Source: Psychrobacter sp. (GTDB lineage: Bacteria; Pseudomonadota; Gammaproteobacteria; Pseudomonadales; Moraxellaceae). Taken from it: DNA of 42,525 nucleotides. The position numbers and the translations under genes are program-made. The notes below the pieces were generated by a model. The model searched no databases. It saw nothing but the letters and a program-made list of their open reading frames with translations, and was not told the DNA's origin. Shown piece after piece: positions 19,395 to 27,818 of this stretch. Each line of letters opens with the position of its first letter. Position 1 is the stretch's first letter. The DNA is taken from NCBI RefSeq assembly GCF_030457785.1, contig NZ_JAKDUI010000001.1:1-42525 (forward strand). The letters run 5' to 3'.

Positions 19395-21497
19395 ATGCTT
19401 TCTAAAATTTTAATCGCCAACCGTGGTGAGATAGCCTGCCGTGTCGCAGCGACTGCCAAGCGTCTGGGCGTAAGTACCGTTGCTGTTTATTCTGATGCTG
19501 ACCGTGAAGCCAAGCATGTCGCTGTGTGCGATGAGGCGGTTTACTTGGGCGGCTCAGCACCCAAAGACAGTTACCTGAAAGGCGATGCTATCATAGCGAT
19601 TGCCCTAGAGACTGGTGCACAAGCGATCCATCCGGGCTATGGATTTTTGAGTGAAAATGCGGACTTTGCTGAGGCATGTCACGATGCAGGTTTGGTGTTT
19701 ATCGGTCCATCGGCTCATGCTATCCGTGCGATGGGTGGTAAATCTGAATCCAAGCGATTGATGGAGGCAGCAGGCGTGCCTCTCATACCGGGTTATCATG
19801 GCGATAATCAGGATGCGAAGTTTTTGCAGCAGCAAGCCGACAGCATCGGTTATCCTGTCTTGATAAAAGCGAGCGCAGGTGGTGGTGGTAAAGGAATGCG
19901 CATCGTAGAGCAAAGTAGCGACTTTATCGATCTATTAGACTCATGCCGCCGGGAGGCAATTACCAGCTTTGGTAACGATCAAGTATTGATTGAAAAATAC
20001 GCGCTAAAACCACGCCATATCGAAATTCAAGTCTTTGGTGATTCCCATGGCAATTACGTGCACCTGTTCGAGCGCGATTGCTCGGTACAGCGTCGCCACC
20101 AAAAAGTGTTAGAAGAAGCGCCCGCACCGGGTGTGGATGCTGCCATGCGTGAAGCCATGGGCACAGCGGCGATAGATGCAGCGCGTGCGGTAGACTACGT
20201 GGGTGCAGGTACGGTTGAGTTTATCGTTGAGCAGCGTGAAGGTTCGATGAGCTTTTATTTCATGGAGATGAATACCCGTCTGCAGGTTGAGCATCCAGTC
20301 AGTGAGGCCATTACTGGTGTCGACTTGGTCGAGTGGCAATTGCTGGTCGCTGCGGGTCAGCCACTACCAAAAACACAAGATGAGATTTCGATCAACGGTC
20401 ATGCTATCGAAGCCCGCATCTGTGCTGAAAACCCTGATAATGACTTCTTGCCAGCGACGGGTACGTTGTTCACTTATCAAAAGCCTGAACATAGTACTTT
20501 TGATGTTGCGGACGTACGTATAGATGATGGTGTGCGGGAAAGTGATGTGATCAGTCCGTTTTACGATTCTATGATTGCAAAGCTTATCGTGCACGCGCCG
20601 ACTCGTGAGCAAGCGTTGGCGAAACTTGATCGAGCCTTAGCGCAAACCCGTATCGTGGGTTTACCAAACAACGTCGCGTTTTTGCGTTATATCTTAAATA
20701 CAGAGTCGTTTAGTCAGGCCAATCTCGATACGGCATTGATAGAACGTGAGCGTGAAGTTCTTTTTGATCAGCATCCGTTGGATTTATCGACGCTGGTAGC
20801 GACCGCTATCAGCCAGCAGCTGGCAGATGAAGAGGCTACGCAAGGGTCAGATGCCGATCCATTTAGTCAGTCTTCAGGCTTTCGAGCTTATGGCGATTAC
20901 ACAAGGTCGTTTAGCTTGATTTATGATGAGCAGGCTTATCAGGCGCGCATCAGCAACTGGCACAATGCCAATAACTCTGATCGCAAAAAGAGTGCGGATA
21001 GACTTAGTAGCTTTCAGTTAGTTATCGGGCAAGTAGTCGATAGTGCTCAAGAAGGCGTCAATATCAATGTGGCTGCTGAGACCGAGACAGTATATGACAG
21101 TCAAGTCAGCTATATCAGCAATGATAGCCACAATCATACATTATGGCTAGATGGCGCACGCATCAACGCTCAGAGCTGGACGCACAATGAGAGGGTATAT
21201 GTGTTCACCGATAGCGGACGTGATGAGATCACCCTGATAGATATTATGGCGCACGTCGGCGAAGATAATGCCGCTGTCGGTAGTCTGAAGTCACCGATGC
21301 CAGGGCAGGTCGTCGCCTTTAAGGTCGCTGTTGGCGATTCGGTGAAAAAAGGCGAACCACTTGCGGTGATCGAAGCCATGAAGATCGAGCACACAATTAC
21401 CGCACCGACAGATGGGGTGGTGGCAGAGTTGCTGTTTGGGGCAGGTGATTTGGTCGCTGATGGGGATGAGCTGCTGCGCATCGATAGCGACAGCTAA
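19395..21497 (+). CDS. liuD: 3-methylcrotonyl-CoA carboxylase biotin carboxylase/biotin-carrier (alpha) subunit
   Basis: ANRGEIA, GGGGKGMR, MEMNTRLQVEH, EAMK biotinylation motif. Confidence 0.95.
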   Translation: MLSKILIANRGEIACRVAATAKRLGVSTVAVYSDADREAKHVAVCDEAVYLGGSAPKDSYLKGDAIIAIALETGAQAIHPGYGFLSENADFAEACHDAGLVFIGPSAHAIRAMGGKSESKRLMEAAGVPLIPGYHGDNQDAKFLQQQADSIGYPVLIKASAGGGGKGMRIVEQSSDFIDLLDSCRREAITSFGNDQVLIEKYALKPRHIEIQVFGDSHGNYVHLFERDCSVQRRHQKVLEEAPAPGVDAAMREAMGTAAIDAARAVDYVGAGTVEFIVEQREGSMSFYFMEMNTRLQVEHPVSEAITGVDLVEWQLLVAAGQPLPKTQDEISINGHAIEARICAENPDNDFLPATGTLFTYQKPEHSTFDVADVRIDDGVRESDVISPFYDSMIAKLIVHAPTREQALAKLDRALAQTRIVGLPNNVAFLRYILNTESFSQANLDTALIEREREVLFDQHPLDLSTLVATAISQQLADEEATQGSDADPFSQSSGFRAYGDYTRSFSLIYDEQAYQARISNWHNANNSDRKKSADRLSSFQLVIGQVVDSAQEGVNINVAAETETVYDSQVSYISNDSHNHTLWLDGARINAQSWTHNERVYVFTDSGRDEITLIDIMAHVGEDNAAVGSLKSPMPGQVVAFKVAVGDSVKKGEPLAVIEAMKIEHTITAPTDGVVAELLFGAGDLVADGDELLRIDSDS

Positions 21498-21538
21498 TAA
21501 CTATATAGCGAAGGCTAATAAATATAAGGATAAGACGC

Positions 21539-22459
21539 ATGAATCACTCGTATCCAGATCATGTTCGTATCGTCGATGTCAGTCCACGTGACGGTCTGCA
21601 AAACGAAGCAATAACCGTACCGACTGCAGTTAAGCAAACACTGATCGAAGACTTGATCGCAGCAGGTGTCAAAAAGCTAGAGGCGACCAGTTTTGTGTCA
21701 CCAAAGTGGGTGCCGCAAATGGGTGACAATAGCGCGCTGATGGAAGCACTTGCACCTTCACGGTCAGCTGACGTTTGTTACTCGGTGTTGGTGCCAAACA
21801 TGCGTGGTTTTGACAACGCCACCGCACATCGCCCTGATGAAATCGTGATATTTGGTTCTGCCAGTGAAACCTTTAGCCAAAAAAATATCAATTGTAGCAT
21901 TGATGAAAGTATTGAGCGTTTTGCTCCTGTTGCTGCCGCCGCTAAGGTACAAGGCATCAAAGTACGTGGTGTCATCTCTTGTACAGTTGGTTGTCCTTAT
22001 GAAGGCGAGATTGATCCAAGCCAAGTGGCGTATGTCACCAAGCGCTTGATAGAGATTGGTTCAGAGCAAATCGGTATCGCTGATACGATCGGGGTTGGTA
22101 CACCGCTCAAAGTGCAGCGCGCGCTCCAAGCAGCGCTAGAGTATGCTGATATTACTCAGCTCACAGGGCATTTCCATGATACCTATGGTCAAGCGTTAAG
22201 TAATACGTTGGCAGCCCTGCAGATGGGTGTTAGCGAATTTGATACTTCGGTAGCTGGACTCGGCGGTTGTCCATACGCCAAAGGGGCAACGGGCAATGTT
22301 GCCACCGAAGATGTGGTATACATGCTGCACGGTATGGGTATCAGCACTGGCATCGATTTAGAAAAATTGGTGGTGGCAGGTGAACGTATTAGTGAGTTCT
22401 TAAAACGTCCGAATGGCTCAAACGTGGCGCGTGCCTTAATTAATAAACGTCAGCATTAA
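21539..22459 (+). CDS. liuE: Hydroxymethylglutaryl-CoA lyase
   Basis: [25 protein letters not shown]. Confidence 0.95.
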   Translation: MNHSYPDHVRIVDVSPRDGLQNEAITVPTAVKQTLIEDLIAAGVKKLEATSFVSPKWVPQMGDNSALMEALAPSRSADVCYSVLVPNMRGFDNATAHRPDEIVIFGSASETFSQKNINCSIDESIERFAPVAAAAKVQGIKVRGVISCTVGCPYEGEIDPSQVAYVTKRLIEIGSEQIGIADTIGVGTPLKVQRALQAALEYADITQLTGHFHDTYGQALSNTLAALQMGVSEFDTSVAGLGGCPYAKGATGNVATEDVVYMLHGMGISTGIDLEKLVVAGERISEFLKRPNGSNVARALINKRQH

Positions 22460-22502
22460 AAAATTATTGCAAAAATTAAATATCAAAAAACAAGGAATGG
22501 TT

Positions 22503-23690
22503 ATGAGTTTACCTGGATTGAATTTTCAGCTTGGCGAAGATATCGATGCCCTACGTGATGTCGTACAGCAGTTTGCGGCAAATGAAATTACCCCACGAGC
22601 TGGCGAAATTGATAGCAGTGATGAGTTTCCGATGGATTTGTGGCAAAAGATGGGTGACCTCGGTCTACACGGTATTACCGTTCCTGAGGAGTACGGTGGT
22701 TCCAATATGGGCTACGTCGCTCACATGGTCGCGATGGAGGAGATCAGTCGTGCCTCTGCCTCTGTGGCGCTCAGCTATGGTGCACACTCCAACCTGTGTA
22801 TTAACCAAATCAAGCGCAACGGCAACGAGGAACAAAAACAAAAGTATTTGCCAAAACTCATTAGCGGCGAGTTCATCGGTGCGCTTGCTATGAGTGAAAC
22901 GGGTGCTGGTTCTGATGTGGTCAGTATGAAGCTGAAAGCTGAAGAAAAAGACGGTCATTATGTCTTAAACGGTAGCAAAATGTGGATCACCAATGGTCCT
23001 GATGCTGACGTGATGGTGGTCTATGCCAAGACCAACCCTGAGCTTGGGGCTAAAGGCATGACGGCTTTTCTTGTCGAAAAAGGTATGGAAGGATTCGGCA
23101 CGGCGCAAAAGCTCGATAAGCTTGGCATGCGCGGCAGTCATACGGGTGAGATGACCTTTAACAATGTTCAAGTGCCCAAAGAGAATATCCTAGGTGGTCT
23201 CAACGAAGGCGTCAAAGTATTGATGAGTGGGCTTGATTATGAGCGTGCAGTATTGGCAGCGGGTCCTATCGGTATCATGCAGGCCGTGATGGATAACGTC
23301 GTTCCTTACATCCATGACCGTAAACAGTTTGGCCAGTCGATTGGTGAGTTTCAATTGATCCAAGGCAAAGTCGCAGACATGTATACCATCCTGCAAGCCG
23401 GACGTAGCTTTTTATACACCGTCGGTAAAAACCTAGATATGCTAGACGCGCAAGGTGCAGGGCATAGTCGCCAAGTACGAAAAGACTGTGCCAGCGTGAT
23501 TTTATGGTGTGCAGAAAAAGCCACATGGATGGCAGGTGAGGGCATTCAAATCTTCGGCGGTAATGGCTATACCAATGAGTATCCACTTGGCCGATACTGG
23601 CGCGATGCCAAGCTGTATGAGATCGGTGCTGGCACCAGTGAAATTCGCCGTATGCTTGTCGGTCGTGAGCTGTTTAACGAGACCAAATAA
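22503..23690 (+). CDS. liuA: Isovaleryl-CoA dehydrogenase
   Basis: [41 protein letters not shown]; ATG 22503 follows AAGGA. Confidence 0.95.
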   Translation: MSLPGLNFQLGEDIDALRDVVQQFAANEITPRAGEIDSSDEFPMDLWQKMGDLGLHGITVPEEYGGSNMGYVAHMVAMEEISRASASVALSYGAHSNLCINQIKRNGNEEQKQKYLPKLISGEFIGALAMSETGAGSDVVSMKLKAEEKDGHYVLNGSKMWITNGPDADVMVVYAKTNPELGAKGMTAFLVEKGMEGFGTAQKLDKLGMRGSHTGEMTFNNVQVPKENILGGLNEGVKVLMSGLDYERAVLAAGPIGIMQAVMDNVVPYIHDRKQFGQSIGEFQLIQGKVADMYTILQAGRSFLYTVGKNLDMLDAQGAGHSRQVRKDCASVILWCAEKATWMAGEGIQIFGGNGYTNEYPLGRYWRDAKLYEIGAGTSEIRRMLVGRELFNETK

Positions 23691-23738
23691 AAATGTCTAA
23701 TAAATAAAAAACACTATTGAGTAAAAAACACTGAAACC

Positions 23739-23771
23739 AAAAAGCAGTACGCGCAAAACGTACTGCTTTTT
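23739..23771. terminator. Bidirectional terminator between liuA and coaX
   Basis: AAAAAGCAGTACG-CGCAAAA-CGTACTGCTTTTT perfect stem. Confidence 0.9.
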
Positions 23772-23850
23772 CATTTTCAATTGGTAACTGCTGTTATACC
23801 ATTTGCCACGCCCCGATCAGATTGAGGATACGGTTAGTACTTAACGATAA

Positions 23851-24576
23851 TCATTGCTTGCTATGATCAAAATAACGCGCCAAACCATTTAAGAGCAGAT
23901 CGTCACGCAGGCGTACTGGACGATTGACATGTTGCGCAATGGTGGATGCATCACCACCTGTCATGATGAGTTCAAAGTTAGGGTAGCGATGGGTAATCTC
24001 GTTGATAGCGCCAACGATAGACAGCAAAATCCCACGATGTACCGCGTCTTGCGTGGTCACACCTTGACTGACATTATCAAAAGTACCGTTTGAGATGGTG
24101 ATTTGTTTGGTACCAGAAAACAGTGACTCTCGTTGTAGGTAAATGCTGGGGAAAATATAACCGCCCAGATGCGTGGCATGATCAATCAAATCAATCGTCA
24201 CGGCCGTACCACAACCGATGACACATTGGCATTTTTTCTTATCCACGGCACCCAGCATTTGTAGCCAGCGATCACAACCGAGCTGTTGATCATTGTAAGC
24301 GCTTTTCATTAAGTCGTGATTAGCATCCACATGAACAAACTCAAAAGGGATGTCTAACCGTCGCAAGGTCTCTGATACTTTGGCGTTAAGCTCCTTGCCC
24401 AGTACGGACGATATGCCGATAAAGCTAGGCGCATAACGCTCGAAGCGATCGGTCAAACCCATGAGTAATTCAGCAGGTGCTTGCAGGTGTTGTTTGGCGT
24501 CATGAGAGATAATCTGACCGACGTCATCGGTGAGCCAGTATTTGAGGCGAGTGTTTCCAAGATCGATCCAGAGCAT
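23851..24576 (-). CDS. coaX: Type III pantothenate kinase
   Basis: IDLGNTRLK, LGCDRW, GTAVTID, HLGGYI, TGGDA; adjacent to birA; ATG 24576 follows AAGGA. Confidence 0.93.
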   Translation of the reverse strand: MLWIDLGNTRLKYWLTDDVGQIISHDAKQHLQAPAELLMGLTDRFERYAPSFIGISSVLGKELNAKVSETLRRLDIPFEFVHVDANHDLMKSAYNDQQLGCDRWLQMLGAVDKKKCQCVIGCGTAVTIDLIDHATHLGGYIFPSIYLQRESLFSGTKQITISNGTFDNVSQGVTTQDAVHRGILLSIVGAINEITHRYPNFELIMTGGDASTIAQHVNRPVRLRDDLLLNGLARYFDHSKQ

Positions 24577-24624
24577 AAAAATCCTTTTATATATCACCCA
24601 TTAACTAAGGCGTGTTGAATCAGG

Positions 24625-25638
24625 CTAAGCCTTATCAATAACGTCGATGCGTCCTGTGAAAAGCGCAGAAATATTACCGTTATCTTGGTGTAATTGCAAA
24701 CACCCGTGAGTATCAACACCACAGGCCTGTCCCATCAGTGTATTATTCTCACTTTTGTGCTCTTGAGTGACTCGCAAGCGCAAACCTGATAAAGCATCCA
24801 TCGAAGCAAACTGCTGTAAGAAACTGTCTAAATAATAGGTATGACCAGTGGGCTTTTCTAAGCCTAAATGCTCGAATCTGGTCATAGCCGCCATTAATGC
24901 CTTGCTCATTTGCTGATAAATATCACGTAAACTTGGCAGACTACTGGCGTCAGTCGTTGGTTCAATCATCTGCCTGATGTCTTGTAAGCTAATGGCTTGA
25001 TAGCTCATGCCTTCGCTAGTTTTTGCCGTGAGTTTGGGTGTTGCTTGCACATTGAGTCCGACACCCATTACCACACCGACCAGCCTACCAGCCAGTGTGA
25101 CGGGCTCGATCAAAATACCAGCGAGTTTATTAAAAGGTAGTGTCTGGTAGAAGTTCGCTGTATCTGATTCAGATTGAGTCAAAGTGGGCTCAGGCATATC
25201 AGCGCTTGCCAAGTCATGACGCTGCTGCGGTGACTGATAGAATCCCAAGTCATTCGCCCACTTCACTCCGATGGGCGTCAACCCTTGCGCTTGCAGTTGG
25301 GCATTTAATGCTTGGATCACAGGCATGTTTGTCAACTCAATGCCAATAATCAATGACAGCAAGCCGCTCACTGGAATATGTACAGGATGATATAACGACA
25401 AATAAACGTTGCCGTGCGGAGACTGCCATGAGCGACCGTGTTGCCCTCGACCTGCGCTTTGGGTTTCAGCCGTCAACAAATGCATCTCGGTAGCACTGAG
25501 GGTTTCCTCTTGTATAGCGGCGATCAGTTCGCTATTGGTAGAGCTACTATCTGCAACATGGCGATGATGAAGTTCGGGTAGGTGGTCAAGCAGATATGGC
25601 GTAGCTGGCTGGTCGGATAGCGGAGTGAGTGGCGGCAT
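24625..25638 (-). CDS. birA: Biotin-protein ligase without N-terminal HTH
   Basis: SSTN, AETQSAGRGQHGRSWQSP, KWAND, KLAGIL, GVGLN. Confidence 0.92.
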   Translation of the reverse strand: MPPLTPLSDQPATPYLLDHLPELHHRHVADSSSTNSELIAAIQEETLSATEMHLLTAETQSAGRGQHGRSWQSPHGNVYLSLYHPVHIPVSGLLSLIIGIELTNMPVIQALNAQLQAQGLTPIGVKWANDLGFYQSPQQRHDLASADMPEPTLTQSESDTANFYQTLPFNKLAGILIEPVTLAGRLVGVVMGVGLNVQATPKLTAKTSEGMSYQAISLQDIRQMIEPTTDASSLPSLRDIYQQMSKALMAAMTRFEHLGLEKPTGHTYYLDSFLQQFASMDALSGLRLRVTQEHKSENNTLMGQACGVDTHGCLQLHQDNGNISALFTGRIDVIDKA

Positions 25639-25739
25639 AGTTCCCTTCGATATGGTTCAGGAGGTGGATGTGGCTCAGGAAATGTAACCGAACTTTGATA
25701 TACTGAGCGGCTTGCGATCGTAAATAGTATAGAGTAGAG

Positions 25740-25768
25740 AGCATAATGATCGGAGCGTGTTTTGGCAA
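25740..25768 (-). promoter_or_regulatory. Putative sigma70 promoter for birA-coaX
   Basis: Minus strand TTGCCA-N17-TATGCT. Confidence 0.45.
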
Positions 25769-25882
25769 ATGCATTTATGCAAACGCGACATCGCGCGTAG
25801 ACGAATATGAACATAGATGAACATGAAAAACGAAAGATAGACAATACCGTTGAGAAAACAGGCATGATAAAAGGCTAGTCTG

Positions 25883-26689
25883 ATGATGTTATATGTGTGG
25901 TTTGTGATTGCAGGGGCGTTTGCGGGTGTCAGTGCCGGCTTGTTTGGCGTCGGTGGCGGTATGATCATCGTTCCGGCGCTGGTTTGGATTTTTACTGCTT
26001 ATGACTTTCCGCTAGAAGTGGTGACGCATTTGGCGATTGGCACTTCGCTAGCCACCATCGTGGTGACTTCTATTAGCTCACTCACAGCCCACAACAAACG
26101 TGGCGGCGTGCGTTGGGAGGTGTGGCGCAAGATGGCATCGGGCTTGGTCATTGGTAGTCTCATTGGTGCAGGTGTGGCAGACATGATCGACGGTAAAGCG
26201 CTACAAGCCATTATCGGTGTTGGCGCGCTGTTGGTTGCTTTAAAGATGCTGTTTTTATCCAATAAAGAACAGCTAGGAAAACCATTACCGTCGTCGGGTG
26301 TGCAATTTGGTGCCGGTACAGGCATCGGAATGGCGTCGTCTATCTTTGGTATCGGTGGTGGTAGTTTGACGGTGCCGTTTTTGAATTGGGCAGGACTGCC
26401 GATGAGGCAGGCGGTTGGTACGTCGGCGGCTTGTGGCTTGCCAATCGCACTGGCTGGTGCGGCAGGATTTGCATGGTTTGGGCAAGACGTGGTCAATCTG
26501 CCTGAGGGCACGATAGGTTTCGTTCATATCACGGGTTTCTTATGTATCTCGGTGGCTAGCTTTGCGATGGCAAAAGTGGGTGCTAGGCTGGCTCATGTAC
26601 TACCCGCAGCCACCCTTAAGCGCGCTTTTGGCGTGTTGTTATTGTTCGCCGGCGGTCAGTTGTTATTGAGTGGGATTGGGCTGCTGTAA
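25883..26689 (+). CDS. TauE/SafE (TSUP) family membrane transporter
   Basis: AGLFGVGGG-IIVP and SIFGIGGG-LTVP repeats, AIGTSLA/AVGTSAA, multiple TM segments. Confidence 0.92.
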   Translation: MMLYVWFVIAGAFAGVSAGLFGVGGGMIIVPALVWIFTAYDFPLEVVTHLAIGTSLATIVVTSISSLTAHNKRGGVRWEVWRKMASGLVIGSLIGAGVADMIDGKALQAIIGVGALLVALKMLFLSNKEQLGKPLPSSGVQFGAGTGIGMASSIFGIGGGSLTVPFLNWAGLPMRQAVGTSAACGLPIALAGAAGFAWFGQDVVNLPEGTIGFVHITGFLCISVASFAMAKVGARLAHVLPAATLKRAFGVLLLFAGGQLLLSGIGLL

Positions 26690-26714
26690 ATGTCTTAAAT
26701 TTGAGGAATAGAAA

Positions 26715-27707
26715 ATGGCAGTACATGATTTGTATTTTAAAAGACAGAAAAATATGACGAGCGAGTCTTTAGACGCTTATCAATATGCTAACTTTCCAAT
26801 GGAATTTAGGGTTCAGGTTAGTCATATCTTGATGGATGTATTTTATGATATACAAATTTTGGACTTCGTAAAAAGCAAACAGAGCACAATGGATTTTAAC
26901 GGCAATCTATTGCTAATGGTTCAACATACTGATAATGAAATGAGAAAGATTTGTAAAATTTTCTGTAGGGAGAAAGGAAGGCTTTCTCTCAAAGGAAAAA
27001 CTAACAAAGTAACTCAACGTAATGATTATCAAGCTATATTTGAGTTTATTTTTAGCGAATATAGTACGGATGATTTTCTTACAATAATAGAGTTAACCTT
27101 TGGAAGCGTAGAAAACGAAGCAAGCAAGTTTAGTTTTGGCAAGCGTGAGAATGCTAAAGAAATTTCTCATCAAGCAGTTTTAGAACTAAATCAACGCTTT
27201 CATGAGCATGGAATAGGTTATCAATATGAAAATGGTCAAATTATCAGGATAGACTCTGAGCTCATTCATGCTGAGGCAGTCAAGCCTGCTTTGCAACTAT
27301 TGAGCCATCCATCATATAAAGGTGCTCAAGAAGAGTTTTTAAGTGCGCATGAACATTATCGCCACGGTCGTTACGATTCATCTCTAACAGATTGTCTCAA
27401 AGCTTTTGAAAGTACCATGAAAATCATAATTCATAAGAGAAGTTGGATATGTGATAAAAATGCAACTTCAAAGAAGCTTATAGACTGTTGCTTAAGTAAT
27501 GAATTGATACCAAAGTTTTGGACTGACCAGTTTAACTCGTTAAGTAATATACTTACTTCAAGCATAGGTACACCTCGAAATAAATTAAGTGGTCATGGTA
27601 AAGGCAACGATGACATAGAGGTTCCTGAACATCTTATTCAGTACGTGCTACACATGACAGCTTCTACTATTGTATTTTTAATCAAGGCGGAAGAGTCGTT
27701 AAATTGA
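26715..27707 (+). CDS. AbiJ-like protein (AbiJ_NTD4-type N-terminus, C-terminal HEPN-like domain), candidate anti-phage gene
   Basis: GAGGA RBS; visibly AT-rich relative to both neighbours; ELNQRFHEHGIGYQY, KAFESTMKII and RNKLSGH (Rx5H) motifs; family assignment from memory. Confidence 0.7.
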   Translation: MAVHDLYFKRQKNMTSESLDAYQYANFPMEFRVQVSHILMDVFYDIQILDFVKSKQSTMDFNGNLLLMVQHTDNEMRKICKIFCREKGRLSLKGKTNKVTQRNDYQAIFEFIFSEYSTDDFLTIIELTFGSVENEASKFSFGKRENAKEISHQAVLELNQRFHEHGIGYQYENGQIIRIDSELIHAEAVKPALQLLSHPSYKGAQEEFLSAHEHYRHGRYDSSLTDCLKAFESTMKIIIHKRSWICDKNATSKKLIDCCLSNELIPKFWTDQFNSLSNILTSSIGTPRNKLSGHGKGNDDIEVPEHLIQYVLHMTASTIVFLIKAEESLN

Positions 27708-27818
27708 GTGATGTTTGTGTCATTCTTAATCTGATGATTTTAAAACCTACAAACCCTAAAAAACCACCAAAATTTCAGGTAGAATAGCCGCCTGTTTTTT
27801 CAACTCTATTGATCCTTC

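Noticed and set aside
25524-25968. Three overlapping minus-strand ORFs upstream of birA
   Set aside because: No RBS, overlap with birA or the TauE gene, and the region is explained by divergent promoters.
26696-27709. TAAATTTGAG / TAAATTGAG as att-like repeats around the AbiJ-like gene
   Set aside because: Short, AT-rich and imperfect; expected by chance and no integrase is present.
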